Shown piece by piece: positions 38,165-48,024 of a stretch of 64,000 nt of DNA. The position numbers were made by a program, and so were the translations under genes. The DNA comes from Candidatus Eiseniibacteriota bacterium (GTDB lineage: Bacteria; Eisenbacteria; RBG-16-71-46; CAIMUX01; VGJL01). The stretch covers positions 992,001-1,056,000 of the forward strand of contig CAWBWI010000006.1 of NCBI GenBank assembly GCA_963792585.1, written 5' to 3'. A model generated the notes under the pieces. It was not told the DNA's origin. It made no database searches and saw nothing but the letters and a program-made list of their open reading frames with translations. Every line of letters starts with the position of its first letter. Position 1 is the first letter of the stretch.

Positions 38165-38818
38165 CTAACCGGTCCACCCCCGTTCCTCGTAGATGCGGCG
38201 CATCTTCTCCAAGCAGCGGGCCCGGGTGGGACCGATGCTCCCGACCGGAAGCCCCTCCCGACGGGAGATCTCCCCATAGTCGGGGGAAGGATCTTCGTAG
38301 AAGAGAATCTGAAGCAGGCGACGGCAACGCCCCGGCAGTCTCTCGAGCGCCTCCGCGATCTGCTGGGCCCGCTCGAGTTCCACCCGGCTGTGATCCGGCA
38401 GATCCCCCGAGTCGGGAGGATCGACCATGACGCGGCCCGAGCCCTCGTCCCCCTCTTCCAAGGCGGTCTCCCGCGCACGGGTCCGCGAGCGGATTCGGTT
38501 GATCGCCTGGCGGTAGGTGATCCCAACGATCCAGGAGGCAAGGCTCTCGCGGTTTCGTAGCCTGCCCAGGTCCGCGTAGATCACGAGCATCGACGATTGA
38601 AAGGCATCTTCCTGGTCTTCATCGGGCAGACCGACCTTCAGAATCGTCGAGTAAATTAGGTTCGCATAGCGCCGGAGGAACTCCTCCCATGACTCGGGTC
38701 GTTGGGCGATGCAAGCGTCGATCAACTCGATCGCGGTGAGGGCGCGCAAGGCGGCGGAAGTTCCACCGGGCAGGAAGGATCGCTTCCGCCCTGGTCGCGA
38801 CGAGGCCTCGTTCGGCAT
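38165..38818 (-). CDS. ECF sigma-70 factor (copy 2)
   Basis: SWEEFLRRY...EDAFQ...LASWI and DYGEISRREGLPVGSIGPTRARCL; same subfamily signature as copy 1. Confidence 0.93.
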   Translation of the reverse strand: MPNEASSRPGRKRSFLPGGTSAALRALTAIELIDACIAQRPESWEEFLRRYANLIYSTILKVGLPDEDQEDAFQSSMLVIYADLGRLRNRESLASWIVGITYRQAINRIRSRTRARETALEEGDEGSGRVMVDPPDSGDLPDHSRVELERAQQIAEALERLPGRCRRLLQILFYEDPSPDYGEISRREGLPVGSIGPTRARCLEKMRRIYEERGWTG

Positions 38819-38928
38819 GCGGCTACAGTAGCATACGCAGGGCTCCAGAGGAGCCAAGGAGACAGCACCGCGCTTCCCCCTTCATGACCGGCCTGCTGGG
38901 GAAAGTGGCGCCTCGTGATCGGAACGCA

Positions 38929-39228
38929 TCATTCGTCGCCGTTGAAGGGCGGGTACTGGTCGGTCATGAAGCTCGTGTAGGCATGGACACGCGCGTGCCA
39001 CCGATAGTACTTCACCAGGATGTTGAAGAGATCTCGCGGGAAGACGCCCGTGAAGAGGACCGCGAACCAGGCGATCACCAAGATCACGAACGCCACGATG
39101 CCGTAGACCGCCAGGCAGATTCCATGGGGGATCCCGACATAGAGGGGCGCGAAGAGGGTCCGCAGGATCAGGATTCCGCGCGAGAGCCGCTCGGGGTACT
39201 CGATCTCGAGGTGGACGGGATAGGGCAT
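38929..39228 (-). CDS. DUF4389-like small membrane protein
   Basis: YPV..EIEYPERLSR, IPH, AWFAVLFTG.FP, RW..RV.AY...TDQYPPF. Confidence 0.82.
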   Translation of the reverse strand: MPYPVHLEIEYPERLSRGILILRTLFAPLYVGIPHGICLAVYGIVAFVILVIAWFAVLFTGVFPRDLFNILVKYYRWHARVHAYTSFMTDQYPPFNGDE

Positions 39229-39354
39229 GGTTCGAACCTCCTTGGGGCGTCATTCGTTCATGCGGCCGCGCGGGGATTGTCGGGTTCCGGCGACGGGCAT
39301 GTCCACCGGGAAGTTGCGCCCGGCCACGTCCGGGTGAGAGATTCGATCCACGCC

Positions 39355-41547
39355 ATGAACTCGGAAGAGAGGACACCGCAAACGCTCGAGGGCGCTCTGG
39401 ATCGGATCGTCTACGCGAGCGAGGAGAATGCTTGGAGCGTCGTCCGCGTCGCGGTGCCGGGGCGCCGTGAACCGGTCACCGCGGTCGGGAACCTGCTTGG
39501 CGTCCAGCCCGGAGAGAGCGTTCGGCTGCACGGGCACTGGATTCACGACCCGCGCTACGGTGAGCAGTTCCGCGTCGAGTCCTACGTCACCGTCGAACCG
39601 GCCACGCTGGTCGGAATCGAACGATATCTCGGCTCCGGTCTGGTTCCAGGGATCGGAAAGGTGATGGCCAAGCGGCTCGTCGAGCGGTTCGGCCTCGACA
39701 CACTCGAGGTGATCGAGACCAAGCCCGCGCGGCTCACCGAAGTCGAGGGGATCGGCGCGGTGCGCAGCGAGCGCATCCGCAAGGCTTGGAGAGAGCAGCG
39801 CGGCATCAAGGAGGTCATGCTCTTCCTTCAGTCCCACGGCGTGACCACGGCACACGCGGTGCGGATCTACAGGGAATACGCCGAGCGAGCGATTGCGATC
39901 GTCAAGGAGGACCCCTACCGCCTCGCGATCGACATCTACGGGATCGGCTTTCGCACGGCCGACCGGATCGCCATGGACATGGGGATTCCGAAGGACGCGC
40001 CGCGTCGCGCGCAGGCGGGTCTGCTCCACCTGCTCGGGGAGTTCGCGGGCGAGGGACACCTCTACGTTCCGGCGGGAAGGCTCACGGCGGCGGCGACGGA
40101 AATGCTCGGGGTCGAGGCGTCCCTCGTCGAGGAGGCGATCGCCCGGCTCGAATCCTCGGGGTCGGTCATCGTGGAACCGCTGTCGGATGGCCCCGACCGG
40201 GCCATCTACTTGAAGGCGCTCTACGCCGCGGAGGCCGGAGCCGCAAGACGTCTCGTCGACCTGATCCGGGCCCCCGCGCGGAGCGTTCCGATCGATGTCG
40301 AGCGGGCGCTGGCTTGGTTCGAAGATCAGGAGCGGATCTCCCTGGCCGCGGCACAGCGCGAAGCGATCCGGCTCGCGCTCTCCGAGAAGCTGCTGGTCGT
40401 CACCGGGGGCCCGGGCACGGGCAAGACGACCCTCGTGCGGGGGATCATCCGGATCCTCGAGAGGAAGCGGCAGCGGATCCTCCTGGCCGCGCCGACCGGC
40501 CGCGCGGCGAAGCGATTGAGTGAGTCGACGGGCCGGGATGCGAAGACGATCCATCGGTTGCTCGAGTTCAGCCCCAAGACGGGCGCTTTCGAGCGCAATG
40601 CGCAGCACCCGCTCGAGGCGGACCTGGTCATCATCGACGAGGTCTCGATGGTCGATCAGGCGCTCGCGCACAACCTGCTGAAGGCCGTCCCCGACCCCAC
40701 CCGCCTCATCCTCGTCGGCGACGTTGATCAACTCCCATCGGTCGGACCGGGAGACTTCCTGCGCGAGGTGATCGACGCCTCGGTCGGCCCCGTCGTCCGG
40801 CTCGAGACGATCTTCCGGCAAGCGGAGGACAGCCGGATCATCGTCAACGCCCATCGGGTCAATGCGGGGGAGATGCCGCTCCTCGGGGAGGAGGGGGACG
40901 CGAGCGACTTCTACTTCATCGAGCGGGAGGAGCCGGAAGAGGCGCTGGCCACGATCACGGCCCTCGTGACCGAGAGGATCCCGCGCCGCTTCGGTCTCGA
41001 CCCGATCGACGACGTGCAGGTGTTGACCCCGATGCATCGGGGCGCGCTCGGCACGATCAACCTGAATGCGGCACTCCAAAAGCTGCTGAACCCCGCCGGT
41101 GAGGAGATCGTTCGGGGCGCCCGGGTGTTCCGCGCGGGCGACAAGGTGATCCAGATGCGCAACAACTACGACCTCGAGGTCTTCAACGGCGACATCGGGC
41201 GGATCGTCTCGATCGACGACGTCGAGCGGGAGATGCGCGTCCGCTTCGACGAGCGGGTCGTCGTCTACGACGCCGCCGCGCTCGATGAGCTGTCGCTCGC
41301 CTACGCCTGCTCGATCCACAAGTCCCAGGGAAGCGAGTATCCCTGCGTCGTCATGCCGCTCCATACGCAGCACTACGTCATGTTGCGGCGCAATCTCCTG
41401 TACACGGGAATCACGCGGGCGAAGCGCCTTCTCGTCCTCGTCGGGACGCGCAAGGCGCTCGCGATTGCGGTGCGCAACCGGCACGTCGACGAGCGCCGGA
41501 CGCGCCTCACCGAGCGGTTGCGGGACGGTCACTTCATCAGCAGATAA
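39355..41547 (+). CDS. recD2: ATP-dependent RecD-like DNA helicase
   Basis: HhH motifs (GIGK, GIG), TGGPGTGKTT, APTGRAAKRL, IIDEVSM, GDVDQLPSVG, AYACSIHKSQGSEY, LYTGITRAK. Confidence 0.95.
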   Translation: MNSEERTPQTLEGALDRIVYASEENAWSVVRVAVPGRREPVTAVGNLLGVQPGESVRLHGHWIHDPRYGEQFRVESYVTVEPATLVGIERYLGSGLVPGIGKVMAKRLVERFGLDTLEVIETKPARLTEVEGIGAVRSERIRKAWREQRGIKEVMLFLQSHGVTTAHAVRIYREYAERAIAIVKEDPYRLAIDIYGIGFRTADRIAMDMGIPKDAPRRAQAGLLHLLGEFAGEGHLYVPAGRLTAAATEMLGVEASLVEEAIARLESSGSVIVEPLSDGPDRAIYLKALYAAEAGAARRLVDLIRAPARSVPIDVERALAWFEDQERISLAAAQREAIRLALSEKLLVVTGGPGTGKTTLVRGIIRILERKRQRILLAAPTGRAAKRLSESTGRDAKTIHRLLEFSPKTGAFERNAQHPLEADLVIIDEVSMVDQALAHNLLKAVPDPTRLILVGDVDQLPSVGPGDFLREVIDASVGPVVRLETIFRQAEDSRIIVNAHRVNAGEMPLLGEEGDASDFYFIEREEPEEALATITALVTERIPRRFGLDPIDDVQVLTPMHRGALGTINLNAALQKLLNPAGEEIVRGARVFRAGDKVIQMRNNYDLEVFNGDIGRIVSIDDVEREMRVRFDERVVVYDAAALDELSLAYACSIHKSQGSEYPCVVMPLHTQHYVMLRRNLLYTGITRAKRLLVLVGTRKALAIAVRNRHVDERRTRLTERLRDGHFISR

Positions 41548-41888
41548 CGCATCGAGGCAAGCAGGAGGACCACGCCGAAGATCTTTTTCAGGGTCGCCTG
41601 AGGGAGGTCGAGGGCAAGCTTCGCGCCGAACACGGAGCCGATGAGGATTCCCGCCGCGATCAGGGCGGCCGCCTTCAGGTTCACGTCTCCCGCCTTGTAG
41701 TACTTCAGCATCGCCAGCAGGCCTACCGGCGGGATCAGGACGGCGAGAGAGGTCCCCTGCGCCATGTGTTGGGTGAAGCCGAAAGCGAAAACGAGCAGCG
41801 GCACGATGATGATCCCGCCGCCGACTCCGGCCAGGCCGGCCAGCACGCCCGCGGCGAGCCCAAGCACGATGAATCCGACGATCTGCAT
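41529..41888 (-). CDS. TSUP (TauE/SafE) family membrane protein, single-repeat half size
   Basis: GLAAGVLAGLAGVGGGIIIVP, QHMAQGTSL motifs. Confidence 0.88.
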   Translation of the reverse strand: MQIVGFIVLGLAAGVLAGLAGVGGGIIIVPLLVFAFGFTQHMAQGTSLAVLIPPVGLLAMLKYYKAGDVNLKAAALIAAGILIGSVFGAKLALDLPQATLKKIFGVVLLLASMRYLLMK

Positions 41889-42081
41889 GACGGTTTCTCC
41901 TCTGTGCGGTGCGGAGGGTCCAAGAAGCAACCCGGGCGGAGTCTAGCACGCCCGCCGGCCCCCACGCCGCGCGGCTGCCGCGCGCGGCTGTCCTTCCAAC
42001 CCCGCCCGCGTTCATGTATGCTGCATGGCGACATTCAGACGATCTGCATCGTGAATGGTCCAACCGTTCAGGAGGTTCGAG

Positions 42082-42726
42082 ATGGAATCGTTCCGAAAGT
42101 CGATCCTCGAAAGCTCCTCAGACCTGATCGATGGGCTGCTCGCCCACCCCTTCGTGGTCGAGACGGCGAACGGCACGATATCGGATGAGCGATTCCGTCG
42201 GTGGCTCGTGCAAGACTACCTCTGGATCAAGGAATTCGAGCGATTCCTGGCGGTCTTGGGCGCGAGGGCGCCCCAGGAGATCCGCCGCCCCCTCTTCGAG
42301 GCGATGATGAACCTCCACGGCGAGATCGAGATCTTCGAGGAGATGGCGGCAAGAATCGATGTCGATCTCTTGCAGGCGCGGATGACGCTCGCCTGCAACG
42401 CATACTCGAGCTTCCTCCATGCGACCGTGAGCATGAAGACCTTCGCCGAGGCGCTCTCGGCTTGCTTTGGTTCCGAGTACTCCTACCTCGCCGCGTGGAG
42501 TCACGTGAAGCGGGAGTTGAGAGGGCCGAGCCCCTGGCAGGAGTTCATCGACCTCTGGTCGGGCGAGGAATACGCCGCATGGGTCGATTCCCTCGGCAAG
42601 ATGATCGACTCGATTCCGATTTCTTCGCCACCCATCCTTCTCGATCGCATGAAGGATACCTTCCGCCTCGCGATCCAATACGAGACGCATTTCTGGAACA
42701 TGGCCTACCAGGGATCCGAGTGCTGA
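42082..42726 (+). CDS. tenA: TenA/THI-4 family protein (probably TenA_E type)
   Basis: HPFV, FRRWLVQDYL, YETHFWNMAY; Glu in GSEYSY where TenA_C has Cys; AGGAGG RBS. Confidence 0.82.
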   Translation: MESFRKSILESSSDLIDGLLAHPFVVETANGTISDERFRRWLVQDYLWIKEFERFLAVLGARAPQEIRRPLFEAMMNLHGEIEIFEEMAARIDVDLLQARMTLACNAYSSFLHATVSMKTFAEALSACFGSEYSYLAAWSHVKRELRGPSPWQEFIDLWSGEEYAAWVDSLGKMIDSIPISSPPILLDRMKDTFRLAIQYETHFWNMAYQGSEC

Positions 42727-42960
42727 ACGAGGGTGGGACGCGCGCGGCGTTAACGAAGCAGGGGGCCCACCGCATCCTCCACGTCGTCGAAACGATCGCA
42801 GAAGAATAGGCGGGGCCCCCGCAAGCTTCGGCGCAAAGTTTATCAAAGGCCACACATGACGCAAGCCCCTTCCTCACCGTAGCGATCGTAGGTACCATGG
42901 CCTCTTGACAACCGAGCTCGAAGTGCATCCATGGCTCGAGGAATGGGAGGCAGGATCCGA

Positions 42961-43542
42961 ATGAACCCGACCCAACCAACCCGAGAGCAGGCATGGAACC
43001 TGCTCTGCGAGTACACCCAAACGGACAGCCTCCGAAAACATGCACTCGCTGTCGAGGCGGCCATGAGCGCGCACGCGATTCGTTGCGGAGAAGAGGTCGA
43101 GTCCTGGGGAATTGTTGGTCTTCTCCACGATTTCGACTACGAACGCTGGCCGGATGCGGAAAATCACCCCTTTCGCGGCGCGGAAATCCTCGCGGAGCGT
43201 GGGTATCCGGAAGCATGGCGGCGCGCGATCCTCGGGCATGCCTCCTACTCCGGCGTCCCCCGAGACACGGAAATGGCCCGAACATTGTTCGCCGTCGACG
43301 AACTCTGCGGATTCATCACGGCCGTCGCCCTCGTGCGCCCGACGAAACGCCTGGCGGACGTGGATCCCCGCGCCGTTCGGAAGAAGATGAAGGAGAAGGG
43401 GTTCGCTCGATCCGTCAATCGCGAGGAGATCCTTCAGGGCGCTGCGGAGTTGGGAGTCGATTTCGACGAGCACGTCGCCTTCGTGATCGACGCCCTCCTC
43501 CCGATCGCCGCAGCCCTCGGTCTCGAGGGTGCCGCCGTCTAG
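42961..43542 (+). CDS. HD (HDIG) domain metal-dependent phosphohydrolase
   Basis: LRKHALAVE, GLLHDFDYE, LFAVDELCG, KKMKEKGFA.SVNR. Confidence 0.9.
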   Translation: MNPTQPTREQAWNLLCEYTQTDSLRKHALAVEAAMSAHAIRCGEEVESWGIVGLLHDFDYERWPDAENHPFRGAEILAERGYPEAWRRAILGHASYSGVPRDTEMARTLFAVDELCGFITAVALVRPTKRLADVDPRAVRKKMKEKGFARSVNREEILQGAAELGVDFDEHVAFVIDALLPIAAALGLEGAAV

Positions 43543-45425
43543 CCTTTCAGATACCGATCGAAGAATTCCACCATCTTCCTGTAGAGGACGAGTCGGTTGG
43601 GTTGTTTGCCGACGCCGTGCCCCTCGTCCGGGAAGATCAGGCTGTCGACCGGGGATCCTCGCCCCCGGAGCGCACGGATGATCTGTCGCGCTTCGCCCAC
43701 GGGGACGCGGGGATCGTTTTCTCCGTGAACCACGAGGAGCGCGCCGCGGATCCGATCGACCTTGTGGATCGGAGAGATCGATCGGAGGAAGAGCGAGTCG
43801 CTGGGCGGGCCGTACTCCGAGGCCCGGAGGTCGCGCCGGTAGGCCGCGGTGCCGCCAAAGAAGGTCTCGAAGTTCGCGATCCCGACCTCATCGATGCCGG
43901 CCGCGAACAGCTCGGGATACTCGGTCATTGCGGCCAGGGTCATGTAGCCCCCATAGGAGGAACCTTTCACCCCGATCTTGCCGGCGGCCGCGCGTCCGCT
44001 CGAGATCAGGTACTTCGCCCCCCAGGCGAGATCCTTCACCGAGTCGAGCCGCTTCTTGTAGTTGTCGGCCTCGGTGTATGCGCGCCCGTAGCCGGTGCTC
44101 CCGCGGACGTTCGGCGCGAAGACCCCATATCCGTTCAGGAGCAGGTACTGGAAATGCCGGTTGAAATAGGGTCGGAACTGCCCTTCCGGTCCTCCGTGGA
44201 CATCGATGATGAACGGGATCGGTCCCGTGCGCGCGCCCGTGGGTAGGTACAGAAACGCGGGGATCTTCGTGCCGTCGAAGCTCTCGTAGTGGACCAGCTC
44301 GGGTGGCGCGAACCACTGCGGGTCGATTCCCGCATAGCTCGAGAAGGTCCGCTGGCGGAGCTGGCCGCCTTCCCCGCTCGCCGGCCAGTCCCAGGTCCAG
44401 ATGTCGGCGGTCTGGAGCGGGCTGTTGAAACCAAAGGCCAAGCGACCGTTATCGGAGAGTGATAGTCCCGAGCAGATCCCATCGAGCTTCGGGACGGGCA
44501 ACTCCCGACTGCCGGCGATATCCCACAGATGAAGGCGGCCCCAGCCGTTCTCGTTGACGGTCCAGGCCAACGTCTTGAAGTCGGTCGACATGGTGATCGA
44601 CTCGATCGACCAAGGGGAATCCTCTTCGGGAAACAGCGGCGTGCGGGTCGGCGGGTCCCCCTCGATCTTCGCGAGACGGGCGGCCCCCTGAGGATTGTCA
44701 TCCGCCGCGACAAAGACCGTCCGCGCATCCCCGACGAAGAATGCGGCGGAGAAGGAAATCCCCCCTTCATGGGGGGTGAGATGGCGCGTCCGCCCCGTTT
44801 CGATATCGAGCGTATAGATGTCGTTGTCCGTGTTCGATGTCGCGTGCGCGATGAGGAGGGTCTTGCCGTCCTCCGCGATGTCGATGACCGAGTTCAGCCC
44901 CTCGCGTTTGTAGACGATTCGCCGGACGCCCGATTCCATGTCCTGCTCGTAGAGGTAGAAGTCGGCGGGACTGTCCGGGTTGCCGCTGAAGTAGATCTTC
45001 CGATCATCGGGACCGAAGGACGGGGTGCCGAAGCGCGCCTTGGGATCGGCGACGACGGGCGTCAGGAGGCCGGTGACCGCGTCGAGTAGGTAGATCTGGT
45101 AGCGCTCGTTGCCATCCGGCGCGGCGGTGACGGCGATCCTCTTCTCGTCACGCGACAGGTTGATTCCGCTGATCCCGCTCGGGAAGAAGGTGAGCTGGTA
45201 GGGCCATCCCTCGGGGGTCAGCCGATAGAGCTGCCGCGTGCCCGTGACCGCCGTGGTGAAGTAGAGGGTCTGGCCGTCCCGGGTGAGCTTCGGGGTCGTG
45301 GCCGAGCCGATCTGCATGAACGTCTCGATGTCCGGGATCCGGGCGGGCAGGGCCTGATCTGCAACCGAAACCTCGGGTCCGCAGAGAACAAAAGCGGCGG
45401 AAAAAACGAGAAGCAACCGGCGCAC
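43539..45425 (-). CDS. Secreted S9 family (prolyl oligopeptidase/acylaminoacyl) peptidase
   Basis: AAGGAGG RBS before GTG 45425; signal peptide; VHGGPE, GSSYGG, HGENDPRV, DEGHG triad motifs. Confidence 0.93.
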   Translation of the reverse strand: MRRLLLVFSAAFVLCGPEVSVADQALPARIPDIETFMQIGSATTPKLTRDGQTLYFTTAVTGTRQLYRLTPEGWPYQLTFFPSGISGINLSRDEKRIAVTAAPDGNERYQIYLLDAVTGLLTPVVADPKARFGTPSFGPDDRKIYFSGNPDSPADFYLYEQDMESGVRRIVYKREGLNSVIDIAEDGKTLLIAHATSNTDNDIYTLDIETGRTRHLTPHEGGISFSAAFFVGDARTVFVAADDNPQGAARLAKIEGDPPTRTPLFPEEDSPWSIESITMSTDFKTLAWTVNENGWGRLHLWDIAGSRELPVPKLDGICSGLSLSDNGRLAFGFNSPLQTADIWTWDWPASGEGGQLRQRTFSSYAGIDPQWFAPPELVHYESFDGTKIPAFLYLPTGARTGPIPFIIDVHGGPEGQFRPYFNRHFQYLLLNGYGVFAPNVRGSTGYGRAYTEADNYKKRLDSVKDLAWGAKYLISSGRAAAGKIGVKGSSYGGYMTLAAMTEYPELFAAGIDEVGIANFETFFGGTAAYRRDLRASEYGPPSDSLFLRSISPIHKVDRIRGALLVVHGENDPRVPVGEARQIIRALRGRGSPVDSLIFPDEGHGVGKQPNRLVLYRKMVEFFDRYLKG

Positions 45426-45554
45426 GGGTACCTCCTTGCGGGCTCGGGCCCGCGGGGCAAGACTAGCACTTTCGGTCCGCGGCGCGGCCGAGTGGAACCC
45501 GGCCGGCCCCCCCGACGTAGGGGGTCTAACGTGCCGTCCAAGAGGAGGACCCTC

Positions 45555-46154
45555 ATGCGCGCCATCCGTTCCCGCCAGCTCGTCTTCGTCGCCGTCATGC
45601 TCGCGATCCCCTTTGCCGCCCTTGCCGAGACGGGCACGGTCTGGTTGACCGGAACGATCGAGGGCAACGGCGATGCCGGGCGTTTCCGAATCCCGCTGGA
45701 GTGGCTCGCCGCCGTCAACGATCAGGAGGGAGACACCATCCGCGTCGAGGACGTGACCGTCGACGCGGCCAAGCTCTGGAGGACGTACCGGGATCTGCCC
45801 GCGGGCGAGTCCCGTCAGGTGGAGAAGGGGATCAGCAAGAAGGGGAGCGCCTACGATATCCACGTCGTCTCCGAGACGCCTGCCCAAACAAAGGCCAAAG
45901 GGAAGGTCCGGATCCTGAATCGTGATGAGAAGGGGAAGGTGACCGACATCGGCTTTCCTCTCGACATCCCCGGCTTGATCCAGTCGATCGCCAACTCTCT
46001 CGTGCACGTCGAGGGCGGAGAATCGAAGATCACCGTCAACAGCGTGAGCCTCAACAATCCGGCCGATCTCCGGAAGCTGGCGGATTACGGTCCGTTCACC
46101 TTCTTCGAGGGAAGTGAGAAGGACTCGAGCCGGGTCAAGATCTGGATCGAGTAG
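45555..46154 (+). CDS. Hypothetical secreted protein
   Basis: AGGAGG RBS; signal peptide ending ALA; typical codon usage; ends VKIWIE. Confidence 0.7.
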   Translation: MRAIRSRQLVFVAVMLAIPFAALAETGTVWLTGTIEGNGDAGRFRIPLEWLAAVNDQEGDTIRVEDVTVDAAKLWRTYRDLPAGESRQVEKGISKKGSAYDIHVVSETPAQTKAKGKVRILNRDEKGKVTDIGFPLDIPGLIQSIANSLVHVEGGESKITVNSVSLNNPADLRKLADYGPFTFFEGSEKDSSRVKIWIE

Positions 46155-46175
46155 TCCCGGCCCGTCACCGCCGCG

Positions 46176-46901
46176 CTATTCGTTACCCAGGATACCCCCG
46201 AGGAGACCGCCCCCACGGCCGCCGCCCGACGCGCCGCCACGCGGCAGCTTCGGCATGAGCCAGCTCAGGAACGCCTGTGTGCTGCGCGTCTGCAGGTAGA
46301 GCGTTCCGTTTCCACGGAACTCGCAGACGAGCCCTTCCCCCGACAGCAGGGTCGATTTCATCCCGCCGACGGCGCGCACGTTGAAGTCGAGGCCGCTCGT
46401 AAATCCGACGACGTGACCCGTGTCGACGACGTAGGGCTGCCCGGAGATCTGCACCGGATGGATCGCCCCGTAGCTCGAGAAGACCAGGGGGCCGCTTCCC
46501 GTCGCCTTCAGCAGGAAGAGTCCCTCACTGCCGAAGAACCCCTTTGCGCCGGCCCAGCTCGCGTCGACAGTCACCTCGGGGGGCGCGGCGAGGAACGAAC
46601 CGGACTGGATGAAGAAGGTGTCCCCGTTCAGGTGGACGACAGAGATGTCGCCGGGAAGGGCGGGGGCCAACGTGATCTCGCCGGGCCCGCCCCGCGGGGC
46701 AAAGGTATTGAAGAACAGGGACTCCCCGCCCAGGACCGAGCGCTTCAGGGCTCCGAAGATGCCCCCCTTCATCCCGGTCCGGATCTCCAGGTTCGCGCTC
46801 ATGCTGACCATGGCGCCGCCTTCGGCCTGAATCGCCTCTTCGGCCGCAAGAGACACGATTGCAAGGGAATAGGACGGTTGGTACTTGATCTCTACGTTCA
46901 T
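46176..46901 (-). CDS. AIM24 / TIGR00266 family protein
   Basis: AEGGAMVSMS, GGESLF, APALPGDI, GEGL-like repeats, VVDTGHVV. Confidence 0.9.
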   Translation of the reverse strand: MNVEIKYQPSYSLAIVSLAAEEAIQAEGGAMVSMSANLEIRTGMKGGIFGALKRSVLGGESLFFNTFAPRGGPGEITLAPALPGDISVVHLNGDTFFIQSGSFLAAPPEVTVDASWAGAKGFFGSEGLFLLKATGSGPLVFSSYGAIHPVQISGQPYVVDTGHVVGFTSGLDFNVRAVGGMKSTLLSGEGLVCEFRGNGTLYLQTRSTQAFLSWLMPKLPRGGASGGGRGGGLLGGILGNE

Positions 46902-46935
46902 GGGTGACCTCCTGGTGGGGAGCCTAACACAGCTC

Positions 46936-46970
46936 TTGACAGCACGGACCCTATAGCGTACATTTGTTTG
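46936..46970 (+). promoter_or_regulatory. Promoter TTGACA-N17-TACATT overlapped by a Gram-positive-type LexA box (CGTAC-ATTT-GTTTG)
   Basis: -35 at 46936-46941, -10 at 46959-46964; box 46957-46970 resembles CGAAC-N4-GTTYG. Confidence 0.65.
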
Positions 46971-46972
46971 GT

Positions 46973-47983
46973 ATGAAGACGGAAGCGGTGCAGACCTTCT
47001 TCCCCCTCGAGCCGACCACTCAGGCGGCGCCCCCGCGGCGTCGCTTCCACGGGGAGCCGGTGGAGGAAACGCCCCGCGCCCAGTTCCGGCCGCTGGCCTG
47101 CAACACGATCCTGAACGAGAACGCGAATCGCGCGCTCCCCTTCCGCTGGACGATCAATCCGTATCGCGGGTGCGAGTTCGGCTGCACCTACTGCTTCGCG
47201 CGCTACACCCACGCATACCTCGATCATGCGGACCCCGCGAGCTTCGAGTCGAAGATCTACGTGAAGTTCCAGGCCGCGCAGGTCCTGGCCGAAACACTGA
47301 AACCGGAGATGGTGCGCGGTCGCCCGATCGCGATTGGAACGGCGACCGATCCGTACCAGCCGGCCGAGAAGCGATTCCTCGTCACGCGGAGGCTGCTCGA
47401 GGTGCTCGCCCGTTGCCCGGACGTCGATCTCTCGATCACGACGAAGAGCCCCCTCATCGTCCGCGACGTTGCGCTCCTGCAGAGGATCGCCAGGAACGCG
47501 CGGCTCACCGTTCACGTCAGCCTGATCACGCTGAACTCCGACCTGGCCCGGATCGTCGAGGGTCGCGCCCCCACCCCCCGCCGACGCCTCGATACGATCC
47601 GGGCCCTCCGCTCCGCGGGCATCGACGTCGGCGTCTTCGTGATGCCGATCCTGCCCGACATCACCGACGCGCGCGGCGATCTCCGCGGTCTTCTTCGCGC
47701 CGCGCGCGAGGCGGGCGCCGGGTTCGCGGTCCCCGGCGCCGTGCGCCTGCTCGGACCCGCTTGGCTCGCCTTCGAGCCGGTACTGCGCCGCCACTTCCCG
47801 CACCTCCTGGCGCGCTACCGCGCCTTGAGGGAGAGCGGCGGCGAGTTCTCCTCGGAGGTCGTGGGCGCCATCATGGATCGCTTCCGCGAGGCGCGGGAGG
47901 AAGTGGGGCTCGCGGGGAATTGCGGCGGGGGCGACGACGACTCATCGAGGCGCTCGGGAACCGGGTGGCTGTTCGAGGCGTGA
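46973..47983 (+). CDS. SplB-like / Rv2578c-PA0069 family radical SAM DNA-repair protein
   Basis: INPYRGCEFGCTYCFAR, GTATDPYQPAE, ITTKS, MPILP.ITD. Confidence 0.9.
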   Translation: MKTEAVQTFFPLEPTTQAAPPRRRFHGEPVEETPRAQFRPLACNTILNENANRALPFRWTINPYRGCEFGCTYCFARYTHAYLDHADPASFESKIYVKFQAAQVLAETLKPEMVRGRPIAIGTATDPYQPAEKRFLVTRRLLEVLARCPDVDLSITTKSPLIVRDVALLQRIARNARLTVHVSLITLNSDLARIVEGRAPTPRRRLDTIRALRSAGIDVGVFVMPILPDITDARGDLRGLLRAAREAGAGFAVPGAVRLLGPAWLAFEPVLRRHFPHLLARYRALRESGGEFSSEVVGAIMDRFREAREEVGLAGNCGGGDDDSSRRSGTGWLFEA

Positions 47984-48024
47984 TTCGTCTCCCGGCGCGA
48001 TCGGTCCGAGCCGGATTGCGGTCG

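Noticed and set aside
41889..42081. TPP riboswitch before tenA
   Set aside because: No CTGAGA or CCTGAT/AATGC-type conserved elements seen.
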